Below are positions 1 to 8,760 of a DNA stretch of 64,000 bases, piece after piece. The position numbers and the translations under genes were made by a program. The DNA comes from a virus (Duplodnaviria; Caudoviricetes), in IMG/VR virus record IMGVR_UViG_3300005683_000038, positions 7,465 to 71,464 of that record; one strand, 5' to 3'. The notes below the pieces were generated by a model. That model did not search any database. It saw only the letters and a program-made list of their open reading frames with translations, and had not been told where the DNA came from. How positions within the stretch are numbered: the stretch's first letter is position 1; every line of letters starts with the position of its first letter.

Positions 1-404
1 CGCACGCGGAAGATTTGCGTTCTGCCTGCGCCGTGTCTGAAGCCAGCGGAAGCCAACCGCCATCATGCCCATAAAAGCCCTGTCGTTTACCTTACCTGTT
101 GGCCGGTGAGATGGGAGTTTCCTCGCGTGCCCTAGCGCTAGCACCCGCCGCAGCGAGGCCAACCATGTTCCGGCAACCGTATGGCATGAAGCCGTTTCAC
201 GGTTCAGCACAGGAAAATCTCCGCACCAGCCTTTCGGCCAGTGCGGGTACGATTCACGAGTGACAGCCTCGCACGCAGCGCATGTTTGGCGAGTGTTCAG
301 CAAGCCTTGAGGCTGTTGAACTCGTGTATCTAAATCTCGTTTGCATGATCTGCGTCGGAAGCAATTACTTGCTTGCTGAACAGCGCAAACTTGAACCTCA
401 GTCG

Positions 405-674
405 TCATTTTGTCAATGCCTCAATTGCCTCGAAGATTCTATGATTGTTATACCGTGGCGGCAGCAAATCCAATCCGAGAGCATTCACAAGCTCCACGCG
501 CAGCTTCGAGTGGGCCAGTTGGTCAACGTAAAATGGTTCTACGAATTCCTTGATCAACGTCGCCACAACTTCAGCCCGGTTCAATTTGCTGTCGCCTTGG
601 CTGGCATCGCAGGCGTCAACGATCTGAGCGGCTAGGGATTCGATGGTCATACGGTCAGAGTAGTAGCCACGCAA
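405..674 (-). CDS. Hypothetical protein
   Basis: Same strand as operon; plausible helical composition. Confidence 0.5.
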   Translation of the reverse strand: MRGYYSDRMTIESLAAQIVDACDASQGDSKLNRAEVVATLIKEFVEPFYVDQLAHSKLRVELVNALGLDLLPPRYNNHRIFEAIEALTK

Positions 675-939
675 TGAACGCGCCCAAGAGGATTACAGCC
701 GTCACCGGCCAGTAAACCAGCGCCAGCATGATCGTGACAAAGGCCTAGTTGCCGCGCTCAGGCTCAATGGCTTCAACCTCGTAGCGGTGGTGGCCGTCTT
801 CATTCTCGGCAGCTTGGCAGGAATCACACACGGCGAGCGCGGTAAGGCAATCGCCTCCGAGATGAATCGGTGTTCCGTGGTCAATGACAGCGGAACACCG
901 AACGCAGATGACGTGGCGGCGCATGGCTTGTATTGCGGG

Positions 940-1632
940 TTAAGTGCTTGCTTGAGATTTCGGCGCTTCATCTTTTTCGAGCGTCTTTTTGAAGCCAGAA
1001 TTGGCGGCGACGTGGAAGCAGATGATTCCCTCTGGCTTCATAAAGCCGGGAGAGGCTTTGCTACCATTTGCACGCAGGTCAGCGATTGCCGCTTCGCAGG
1101 CGTCAGTCGTGAAGATACCTCGATACAGCACCGGAACGAGGTGGCAGCAGGCGGGTAGCACGTCTTGCATTTTCACGATTTGAGGGTCAGCGGTCGGGAT
1201 GCGTTGCGGAGTTTGCCCGGCCAGACACCAGCGCGAGACGTTGAACAGACTCCACCGCTTTTCGCCTTTCGGCAGGTTGTATCCACGTTGGCAGCCGCTA
1301 CCCCACCATTCCCCGAAGTGCCTCCCGACTCCGAGCGTCATCAGTTCCTCGCTGTGTTCCATAGCCCACCGAGCAAATCCGTAGTTGTCCTGCTCTGGTG
1401 TTATCCACCGCGAGCGCGAGCCGACGAGCATCTTGCCATCTTCTGTGATGCAGATTTGCCCATTCGTGCCGTCTATCTTTTCCGTAATGATACATTCGCG
1501 AGACAGGCGCGCGATTTTTGGAAATTCAACGAACTCACTTAGCAAACCACTGCATACAACCGACTTATCGCTGGAAGTTTGTGAGTCTTTGGATTCGTTG
1601 ACAGTTTTTGGTTGTTCGAGTGTTGTTGTCAT
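940..1632 (-). CDS. ATP-dependent RNA ligase family protein (Rnl2-like nucleotidyltransferase)
   Basis: Motif I TEKIDGTN, GSRSRWI, GEWWGSG and EGII motifs typical of phage RNA ligases. Confidence 0.85.
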   Translation of the reverse strand: MTTTLEQPKTVNESKDSQTSSDKSVVCSGLLSEFVEFPKIARLSRECIITEKIDGTNGQICITEDGKMLVGSRSRWITPEQDNYGFARWAMEHSEELMTLGVGRHFGEWWGSGCQRGYNLPKGEKRWSLFNVSRWCLAGQTPQRIPTADPQIVKMQDVLPACCHLVPVLYRGIFTTDACEAAIADLRANGSKASPGFMKPEGIICFHVAANSGFKKTLEKDEAPKSQAST

Positions 1633-1660
1633 ATTATCGGCGGTGGTGTGATTTCCATCG

Positions 1661-2926
1661 TTACGCCACAGGCTCGCCCTGCCCTTGAATCTGCCGCAGT
1701 TCAGGCAGGATGTTCGGCCAGACCTTAATCAGATTCTTCAGCTTGGTGGTAGCCAGTTCGGACAGCGCGTTTTGATTGTCGCGCGCCAACTTGTTCTTCT
1801 TGGCGAACAGCATCACGGTGCTCTGTTGGATTTCCGATTGCTGGCAAAGCAAATCCACGGAGGCTAGCGCATCCGCGCCGTCGTCTGACGAAGGAGCGGA
1901 AGCAGCAGGGGCTGGATTGGCCGGCGGATTTGCCGCAGCTTTCTCAGCGAGCGCTGCCTGCATTTCCGGGCAGTTGTGCGCGGCCATGTCCGCAACCGTC
2001 TGCTTGCAGTAATGGCACGTCACAACGGGGGCTTGCGTTACAGTCCCATCGGCTGCCGGCGGCGGCGGTTGTTGCTTGGTTGCGGTGGACGTGGCTGGAG
2101 CTTGAACTGGCGGCGTTTCCTGCGGTTTCCCCTGCGGTTCTGTGGCACCAATCTGAGTAATCGGCGCAATGTCAGTCATGGCTGGCCTGTTTTCCGAACC
2201 GGGACCGTCAGGATAAACGATTTCGCTGTCAATGTTGGCCTGCGCTCCCTGATCGTGCCGAAACGCCTTCTGCATTTCCACGGAGAGAATGCCCCAATCG
2301 GAAAGCTCGTTTTTGATGACGGTCTTGAGGGCCATTTGCTCGTAATGCGTCTGCCAAGGCGAGGTCCTTCCCTTCTTGAAAGCCATTGAATAACGGCTGG
2401 CGTGGTCGCGAATCTTGCTATCCGTCCAGAAGCAGGTCTTGCGAAAGCCATTGACGAGTTCCCAAGCAAACGCGAAACCAACCGCCGGCTTCGTTTCGTC
2501 GAGTTTTTCCCAGTTGATGATCGGCTCGCCGAAGCTGTCGAGGCCCGCGTATGCCTCGGCATTGATTGGCTTGGCGTTCATGCGGCGATATTGGCCAGAG
2601 CGCATGGCAAGCTGAATGACGCCTTTCGCCCCAAGCTGGAATGTGGCGCGCGGCGTGCCGCCTTCCTTGTATGGCACAATCCACGCGAAGCCGAGATTCC
2701 TATCAACCGGCAAGTCAAGTGACGCCGCCACAATGGCAGAGGCAATGACGCTGTGGGGATCGCACTCGGAAATGTTTTGATCGCGAGAGATGTTGACGAC
2801 GCTGGCGCAAAACTGAGCCGCGCGCTGGCCAAGGATTTCACCGAAGCGGGCGCGATAATCCTCGCGCTGAAGAAGTGATTTGACGGAGACGACAGCGGAT
2901 CGCTGTGTTACTGATTGGTTGCTCAT
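1661..2926 (-). CDS. recT: RecT-family single-strand annealing recombinase with long C-terminal extension
   Basis: AAS-LDLP..NLGFAWIVPY, FQLGAKGVIQLAMRSGQY and MALKTVIK motifs. Confidence 0.9.
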   Translation of the reverse strand: MSNQSVTQRSAVVSVKSLLQREDYRARFGEILGQRAAQFCASVVNISRDQNISECDPHSVIASAIVAASLDLPVDRNLGFAWIVPYKEGGTPRATFQLGAKGVIQLAMRSGQYRRMNAKPINAEAYAGLDSFGEPIINWEKLDETKPAVGFAFAWELVNGFRKTCFWTDSKIRDHASRYSMAFKKGRTSPWQTHYEQMALKTVIKNELSDWGILSVEMQKAFRHDQGAQANIDSEIVYPDGPGSENRPAMTDIAPITQIGATEPQGKPQETPPVQAPATSTATKQQPPPPAADGTVTQAPVVTCHYCKQTVADMAAHNCPEMQAALAEKAAANPPANPAPAASAPSSDDGADALASVDLLCQQSEIQQSTVMLFAKKNKLARDNQNALSELATTKLKNLIKVWPNILPELRQIQGQGEPVA

Positions 2927-2956
2927 AGGCTAATGGATTTGTTGGTTGGTTGTTTG

Positions 2957-3202
2957 TTAATTGTTCGCCCTAAGCTGCTCAAGCGCCGCCTTGGCGGCTG
3001 CCTCATGCGCCTCCTTGGCGAGTTTCTTGGCCAGCTTGATACGAATGCGGCGGGCGCGGACAAGGTTGCGCTTGGCGGCGGCGATTTTCTTGGGCGATTT
3101 GATCGCGCCGGCCAGCGCCTTTTTGGCAGGATCGCCGGCCAATCCTCCCTTGCGGCCTTTGGCCACAAAGTATTCGCGGGTGAACATTGCTGGTCTGCTC
3201 AT
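2957..3202 (-). CDS. Small basic Lys/Ala/Arg-rich protein, possibly nucleic-acid binding
   Basis: KGRKGG...KKIAAAKRN low-complexity basic sequence; operon context. Confidence 0.55.
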   Translation of the reverse strand: MSRPAMFTREYFVAKGRKGGLAGDPAKKALAGAIKSPKKIAAAKRNLVRARRIRIKLAKKLAKEAHEAAAKAALEQLRANN

Positions 3203-3250
3203 AGGTAGAAAGATAACTTCCGCGATATTAGAGCTAGGGGGTTCTTGGTG

Positions 3251-3535
3251 TCAAGTCCCGCGTTTCACAAACCGCGAGAAAGTTTCAAGTATTTCGCGCT
3301 GCTGGCCTCCGCTGATGGTGGCAACATCCATGAACCGCAGGTAGATGCCCTCCAAAACGGTTTTGGTTTGCTTATCCAGCTTGAGCTTTTCATCGTTCAT
3401 TACGCGCCGTATTCCCTCAGCCGTTTTCAACAATGAGATGGCCGCGCCGGGGCCGATGCTTGGAATTTGAAACTTCGCAAGGATGCCTCCGATTTTCATC
3501 GCGTCTTCAGTGGTGTAAGGAATGATGTCTTTCAT
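3251..3535 (-). CDS. Hypothetical protein
   Basis: ATGA overlap with upstream gene. Confidence 0.6.
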   Translation of the reverse strand: MKDIIPYTTEDAMKIGGILAKFQIPSIGPGAAISLLKTAEGIRRVMNDEKLKLDKQTKTVLEGIYLRFMDVATISGGQQREILETFSRFVKRGT

Positions 3536-3918
3536 AGAATCTGTTTGTCGCAGTCGTTATTCCATTTTATCACCACGCCATCGAACGGCAGTCCGTGCTC
3601 TTGAAAGAACCAGTCTGCCATTTCGTAAAAGCTCGCAAACCCGTCAGCCGTGGCGAACGCTTCCGGTGGTTGCTCGATTCCATCCACGATGACACTGCTT
3701 GCCCTGACCGTGCATTGCTTGACTTCCGAGATGACAGACTCGCGCAGGATACGCTGCTTGCTCCGATACGGTTTGCCAGTCCACGTCCGCAGGCTGATTA
3801 GATCGCCGGGCTTGGGCATCCGCTTTGGCGTCGGTCGCACGGTCTGACACTTCACGCCAGACTCAACCAGCGGCGCAAACTGAGGCTTGAACATGCGGAC
3901 GTGGCGTGAAGGATTCAT
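3532..3918 (-). CDS. ASCH/PUA-like domain protein
   Basis: F.PLVESGVKCQTVR..KPGD.ISL..WTGKPYRSK; FATADGF. Confidence 0.75.
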   Translation of the reverse strand: MNPSRHVRMFKPQFAPLVESGVKCQTVRPTPKRMPKPGDLISLRTWTGKPYRSKQRILRESVISEVKQCTVRASSVIVDGIEQPPEAFATADGFASFYEMADWFFQEHGLPFDGVVIKWNNDCDKQIL

Positions 3919-4115
3919 ACTTGCTTAATTTTTGCCCCACGCATTCGCAGAACAGCCATACAGGCAAGGCAAAGATTGAATGTTTTTCCCTCTTTTTCAG
4001 AGCCGTTGACGCCGTATTTGTTGACGCCTTGCTGGCTGCAAAACGGCGACGAGGCATCGCATTTGGTGCGTTCCTTTTGCGGCTTTGATTTCTTGCTACT
4101 GCGAATCGCTTTCAT
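3915..4115 (-). CDS. Hypothetical small Cys-containing protein
   Basis: Coupled to both neighbours. Confidence 0.5.
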   Translation of the reverse strand: MKAIRSSKKSKPQKERTKCDASSPFCSQQGVNKYGVNGSEKEGKTFNLCLACMAVLRMRGAKIKQV

Positions 4116-4510
4116 CAGTTATTTGCTCCCGTCAGATATGCCGCGTTGATTTCGTCGGCCAGTTTCGCCCCGGGCTTGTCTTGGATGTCCTTCTTTTCAA
4201 GCCACTGATTCAAATAGATCACAGCCCACTTGATCGGATCACCAAAGAATGATCGCTGGCCGTGGCAGAATGAAACCTTTGCAACCTGAGCTTCGGTTGC
4301 GCCGTGCTCGCGCATTGTCCAGCACAGGAATGAACCGCAGGGATAAACCAGAGTGGCGTATCGCTGGTCGGACGCAATCAAGCTTGGGATGCGTTTGTTG
4401 TCGTCGCGGTTGCAGTCTTCGTCAAACGCCGCCTTTATTTCCGCAGCGAAGTTGACCATGTAATCGCGTAAATCCTGCTCCGTGTATTGTGTCTTGAGGG
4501 GTGGTTTCAT
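4115..4510 (-). CDS. Hypothetical protein
   Basis: Coupled start and stop in operon. Confidence 0.6.
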   Translation of the reverse strand: MKPPLKTQYTEQDLRDYMVNFAAEIKAAFDEDCNRDDNKRIPSLIASDQRYATLVYPCGSFLCWTMREHGATEAQVAKVSFCHGQRSFFGDPIKWAVIYLNQWLEKKDIQDKPGAKLADEINAAYLTGANN

Positions 4511-4926
4511 TTGGCTTCAGCCTTCATCAATTGTTCTCGAATGTGGATCATCTCCGGGCAGCGGTTGAAGCTCTCAGCATAAATCCGCACTTCGCCGTTG
4601 TGCGCCCGGCGGCGGCAGTTGTGGCCATCCAGTTCCAAGTATTCCTCACAGCCCTTCTGCGTGAACGCGACCATCACGGTTTCCCAGCGGTCAACGTAGC
4701 CGAAGCAATTCCACTCATCGCCCTCCGGTTCTTTGAAGTCATGGTCATCGTCGTAGATGGTTTCGTCGGCGTCCCAATTACGCCAGCACTGGCCGGTTGC
4801 GTAGCCAGAGTCATACCCCACGTCTCGCCGCTTGATTTGCACGCAGAACATCGGGTTTTCCGTAATACGATTATCTTGCGTCCGCAGGCGTTCGCCGATG
4901 GCATTCAATTGATCGGTGGGCTTCAT
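4507..4926 (-). CDS. Ead/Ea22-like phage protein (C-terminal-type domain)
   Basis: IGERLRTQDNRITENPMFCVQ...AFTQKGCEEYL..DGHN resembles the Ead family. Confidence 0.65.
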   Translation of the reverse strand: MKPTDQLNAIGERLRTQDNRITENPMFCVQIKRRDVGYDSGYATGQCWRNWDADETIYDDDHDFKEPEGDEWNCFGYVDRWETVMVAFTQKGCEEYLELDGHNCRRRAHNGEVRIYAESFNRCPEMIHIREQLMKAEAK

Positions 4927-4932
4927 AAAATC

Positions 4933-5355
4933 CTATTGGTCACGAAACATAAGCCAGCGGAACCAGCGCGGGCAGGAGTCGGGAATGCAGTTCATGTTGC
5001 TGCAATTGGGGCTGCCGCTGCATTTGCGCCCGTGCCGTTCCTTGTGGGCGATGTAATCCACGGTTTCGGGAATGTCGTAAATCTTCGACCAACCTACGCG
5101 GTCGGTAATCCAGCAGGCCAGTCGGCTCTTGCGCTCCAGCCATTCCTCTTGCAGTGCGGCTTTGAGGATTCGCCACCCGGCGCGCATTCGTCCGCCGTGA
5201 TAGGTGTAGAGCGCCAGCCGCATCTCGCATTCGAGAATCAACGAGGGGCAATGCTTGGTTTTGACCAAGCCAGCGATGCGCTCCATGCGACGGTCGAACA
5301 TCATGCGCCGTCTCTGGCGTTGCGTTTCCTGTGGTTTTGGTGCTTCGTGGTTCAT
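4933..5355 (-). CDS. Hypothetical protein with Cys-rich C-terminus
   Basis: ORF in operon orientation. Confidence 0.6.
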   Translation of the reverse strand: MNHEAPKPQETQRQRRRMMFDRRMERIAGLVKTKHCPSLILECEMRLALYTYHGGRMRAGWRILKAALQEEWLERKSRLACWITDRVGWSKIYDIPETVDYIAHKERHGRKCSGSPNCSNMNCIPDSCPRWFRWLMFRDQ

Positions 5356-5364
5356 TTCAAATTT

Positions 5365-5513
5365 ACCCCGGGCGGCTGTTACGGCAAGCCGGTCCAGACT
5401 GCCGCAACCTGACGCCCGGGGTTTTGGTTTAACGCATAGATCAAAGAAGCCCGTTCAAGCTGGAGTAGCGGCGACCAACCGCCGGCTCGTGACAAGCCTA
5501 AGCCTGAACGGGC
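5365..5513 (-). ncRNA. Candidate structured RNA: two long tandem stem-loops in an intergenic gap
   Basis: ACCCCGGGCG/CGCCCGGGGT (5365-74/5413-22) with inner GTTGCGGCA/TGCCGTAAC; GCCCGTTCA/TGAACGGGC (5449-57/5505-13); mismatches become G-U pairs on the minus strand. Confidence 0.4.
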
Positions 5514-5523
5514 GAAAGTCATA

Positions 5524-5895
5524 TCAGCCATTCACGTTGAAATTGCCAGACATTTTCAACAGTTCTTGATCGGTCATCTCAACCAAGACAGCCGAACAAG
5601 TAATGTGACGCAGGGCAATTGTCAGTTCATCGGCCCGCACGTCTGGCGTTCCAACGCCCGCATCGGATTTATCACCCATGATCTGCAAGCCAAACTTGCT
5701 GTGGAGAATAGACATGGCGCAAATCACGTCCTGCCGGTTGGGAACTACGCCGCCAATAAAGATACCGTATTCCTGAAGCTGTATCCGAATAAGAAACTTG
5801 ATGAACAGGATCATGCTCCGGTGGTTTTCGTTGACCGTTGCGATTTCAGCCGCATCTAGTGACGCCAGCGATTGGATTAGATGGTGGATGTTCAT
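5524..5895 (-). CDS. Hypothetical protein
   Basis: ATGA overlap with upstream ORF. Confidence 0.55.
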   Translation of the reverse strand: MNIHHLIQSLASLDAAEIATVNENHRSMILFIKFLIRIQLQEYGIFIGGVVPNRQDVICAMSILHSKFGLQIMGDKSDAGVGTPDVRADELTIALRHITCSAVLVEMTDQELLKMSGNFNVNG

Positions 5896-6119
5896 GGTTC
5901 CTCAACCGGAACAGTGTTGAGCAAAACTTCGCCTTCAAGGATGTATTTTCGGGCGCGATCAAGCGCCTCCACGCAATCCAGATTAACCGCTTTGGCGCGC
6001 ACGAAGTAAGGCGGCACAGCCTTGGCTCGGGGCGGAGGTTTTGGATTTCCCGTAACCAGCTTGTGGGCATTGGTCAACTTGGTGGGTGAGCCAAACAGGA
6101 TGATTGATCGGATTGGCAT
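5892..6119 (-). CDS. Hypothetical protein (start moved to MPIRS)
   Basis: Moved start avoids overlap with the upstream gene. Confidence 0.45.
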   Translation of the reverse strand: MPIRSIILFGSPTKLTNAHKLVTGNPKPPPRAKAVPPYFVRAKAVNLDCVEALDRARKYILEGEVLLNTVPVEEP

Positions 6120-6130
6120 ATTGATGTTCC

Positions 6131-6658
6131 TTAATCGCAATTCTGGCCAAGGATGACGAGCGACCAGCGCCCTACAATGCCGCAGAATTGTTGGCTTTCG
6201 TATTCCCATTCAATAAGGTCGTCATGGTCGCTTGGAAGAATATCGCTGGCAAGTGCGGCAAGGCTTTGATCGGTCAAATCCACCGGATACCAGCCTTCAA
6301 CAAAGCTTTGGTAACTGCGATTGCAGTCACAATTAAGCAGGCTGCGCAAGTCTTCGCGGTAATTTATCAAGTCGTCAAGCGATGTGTAAAATTGACCGCA
6401 GCAGGAGCCTTCCCATTTGTTGCACAGCTTTTGCAACTGAATCATTGTTGCAACGTCTTTCACGGTAAGAACCGTGCCGAGAATGTTTTTATGCAAGCAA
6501 GCGTGCCCGGCGCATTGATGGCTGATGATGACAAACTCACGCCCCGGCTTGAAGGTGTAAGCCGGGCAGAAGTCTCCGCTAAACTGTATTCCCAGCACAA
6601 GCTGCGGGTAGGTGGCAAAGCCGTGGATTTCGATTCTGGCCGAGGTCGTTTTACTCAT
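6131..6658 (-). CDS. Hypothetical protein
   Basis: 175-aa ORF in operon orientation. Confidence 0.6.
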   Translation of the reverse strand: MSKTTSARIEIHGFATYPQLVLGIQFSGDFCPAYTFKPGREFVIISHQCAGHACLHKNILGTVLTVKDVATMIQLQKLCNKWEGSCCGQFYTSLDDLINYREDLRSLLNCDCNRSYQSFVEGWYPVDLTDQSLAALASDILPSDHDDLIEWEYESQQFCGIVGRWSLVILGQNCD

Positions 6659-6702
6659 GGGCTTCTTTTACATCAAGGGGGTTGTTGGTTGCAAGGAAAT
6701 TC

Positions 6703-7263
6703 TTAGTCCGTGCCATATTTTTTTCGGCTCTCTGTTTCGCACGATGTTCCTGTGAGGGCTTCAATCAACAGCGCGCCGATGTGATCCATTTCAAGGGTTT
6801 GATGACTGAAGAAATACTCAGCCAGCAAGTTGTACGAACCGGGGAATTCTCCATACTGTTGACGTTCCCGATGTTCAAGGGCGCAATGCTCGGGATTCTC
6901 CCGGGCGAAGAATGAGCGGCAGCCAAACGGTCGGCGATCGTACACCATGCACTCATTGGTTTCCAAGTTGAGCAACGGGCAGGGCGCTTGCAGCCTGCGG
7001 TATGGCAATGCGCCCGGCATCTCCGTGGCGAGCAATGGCTGAACCTTTGCCAGCCAATCGGGCAAGCGCTGCTTTACCTGCTCCCGCTGTTCTTCGGAAA
7101 GCAAGTCAACGGCGTGCTTGATTTCATGGGTGTCAGCATAGGCCGGCTCGTAGCAGCAGTGGGCCAGCCGGCAGCCTTCGCAGCAGTGTTTGGCAGCCGG
7201 ATTTCGCCGGAAGACTTCGGAGAAAAATGCGTCAGCCTTTTTGTGTAATTCGGAGGGGTGCAT
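6703..7263 (-). CDS. YkgJ-family cysteine-cluster (Fe-S/Zn) protein
   Basis: CCEGC..HCC, CPLL, CMVYDRRPFGCRSF. Confidence 0.85.
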   Translation of the reverse strand: MHPSELHKKADAFFSEVFRRNPAAKHCCEGCRLAHCCYEPAYADTHEIKHAVDLLSEEQREQVKQRLPDWLAKVQPLLATEMPGALPYRRLQAPCPLLNLETNECMVYDRRPFGCRSFFARENPEHCALEHRERQQYGEFPGSYNLLAEYFFSHQTLEMDHIGALLIEALTGTSCETESRKKYGTD

Positions 7264-7302
7264 GGTTTGATGTGGTGCTGATTCCGCTTCGTGTCTGTGA
7301 TA

Positions 7303-8175
7303 TTACGCGAACGTCAGTTCAAGCTGTGGCGCGGTTGGTTGCGAGCGTGGTTCTGTGGTGATGGCTGGGATTTGTTTGGGCTGTTCACTGGCTCGCGGCG
7401 GGCAATCCTGCCAGAAGGATTCCGGCAGCGGGCGAACAAGCCAAGGTGCATACAGCCAGCCATTGACCTTGCACGCTTTCAGCACGGTCAAGCTGATGTC
7501 CTGACAGAACAGGCGATAACTGAAGTTGGAAGCCGCGAGAATCATGCGCCCGGTGCCGACGCAAGGATCACACACAGTCTTGGCGCGCATGTCTTCGCCC
7601 GTGTCCATCTGCATCTGCGTCATCATCTCGGCAAGCTCCATCGGCGTCGGAAAGAACCCCTGTGAACGCCCGTGCTTGTTCTCGGCAAGGATGTCGCCGA
7701 AATAGTCGCCCGGATAAGCCAGCATCGTTTCGAGATTGAAAACTTGGTACAGTCGAGCCGATGCGCCGGCTTGGTCACTGCTCTCTTTCGGCTCTTCCTT
7801 GTGGGCCTGATCGCCAAAGCCAAACAGCAGCCAGTCCATGAAGAAATCAAAGTGCTTGTGACTGCTCCAGCCCTGCCAGTCGCCGTACGTGGTAATGCAA
7901 TTGAGGCAGCGCTCCAGCATCTTGAACGCCGGGCCGCGATGCTCTGAACTCCATGCGATTTGCGGGATGTCGCCGATTAACCGCCCGGCTTCGTGGAGCA
8001 AATACCAGTGGTGCCAGCGCTGCCAAAGGAACAGGTCGGCGTCCAATAGATACGGCAGAAGCCAGCCGTGATGCAGCGGCTTTTTGAATTGGAAGTCTGC
8101 GCGCGGCTTGCGTGGCTTGGCCTCGCCGATGGTACGCCGCAGGGCGTCAAGGTTGCGGTCAAGGTAAGGATTCAA
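7303..8175 (-). CDS. N6-adenine DNA methylase-like protein (SAM-binding half only)
   Basis: GFFPTP and DPCVGTGRM motif I present; no NPPY/F motif before the stop. Confidence 0.7.
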   Translation of the reverse strand: MNPYLDRNLDALRRTIGEAKPRKPRADFQFKKPLHHGWLLPYLLDADLFLWQRWHHWYLLHEAGRLIGDIPQIAWSSEHRGPAFKMLERCLNCITTYGDWQGWSSHKHFDFFMDWLLFGFGDQAHKEEPKESSDQAGASARLYQVFNLETMLAYPGDYFGDILAENKHGRSQGFFPTPMELAEMMTQMQMDTGEDMRAKTVCDPCVGTGRMILAASNFSYRLFCQDISLTVLKACKVNGWLYAPWLVRPLPESFWQDCPPRASEQPKQIPAITTEPRSQPTAPQLELTFA

Positions 8176-8705
8176 ATGACCCTCGCGCTTGGATCGGTGA
8201 AGCTCATGCTGCGAAAGTTCCCACCGGGCGCCGCGTTAATCTCCATGAATTCCCATTTGGGCAGTGTCCGGTTCGCGTGCAACTCGGATTTTTCAACCTT
8301 TGCGTGGGCCATGACGCGGCGTGTTTGGTGTTTGAGGTTAACGATAACGACATCCTCACGGTTCGGGTCCAGTCGCGGCTCTGGACAGACAACTGGATCG
8401 CCGTTGCGCACCGCTGTGGCAATGGCGCTGTCTGGCTTGGCGGACAGGCGCGTGCGCCACGCGCTTTGAATGACGGCAATGGGGCACTGCAAGCTTGCGG
8501 TGTGCGCCAATTGGTTGACGGCCTGCTTGGTCATGCCGGACAGGGAAACAACGACGGTTTCGCCGCTTTCAGGATGGAGGACAAGCATACACGACGGGAT
8601 GTCCTCGTGTCCGGCCTGCAAGCGCTCGGCGACTTCAATGCCGAACTGCAAAAGATCGCGCTCGGGCGGGGTGAGTGTGATGTGTGGTGGTATAGTGGTG
8701 GTCAT
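8172..8705 (-). CDS. Hypothetical protein
   Basis: ATGA-coupled to the methylase-like gene. Confidence 0.6.
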   Translation of the reverse strand: MTTTIPPHITLTPPERDLLQFGIEVAERLQAGHEDIPSCMLVLHPESGETVVVSLSGMTKQAVNQLAHTASLQCPIAVIQSAWRTRLSAKPDSAIATAVRNGDPVVCPEPRLDPNREDVVIVNLKHQTRRVMAHAKVEKSELHANRTLPKWEFMEINAAPGGNFRSMSFTDPSARVI

Positions 8706-8760
8706 GGCGTGAAATTTGCCCCGCCCGTCGTGTGACAGGCGGGGCTTGGTGGTAGTCCGC

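Noticed and set aside
294-382. 12-bp inverted repeat TGTTCAGCAAGC/GCTTGCTGAACA
   Set aside because: 65-nt spacer with no further pairing and no attC geometry; could be chance.
8718-8745. GCCCCGCC/GGCGGGGC hairpin as a terminator (also 17446-17471)
   Set aside because: No U-tract on the transcribed strand; noted only as intergenic stem-loops.
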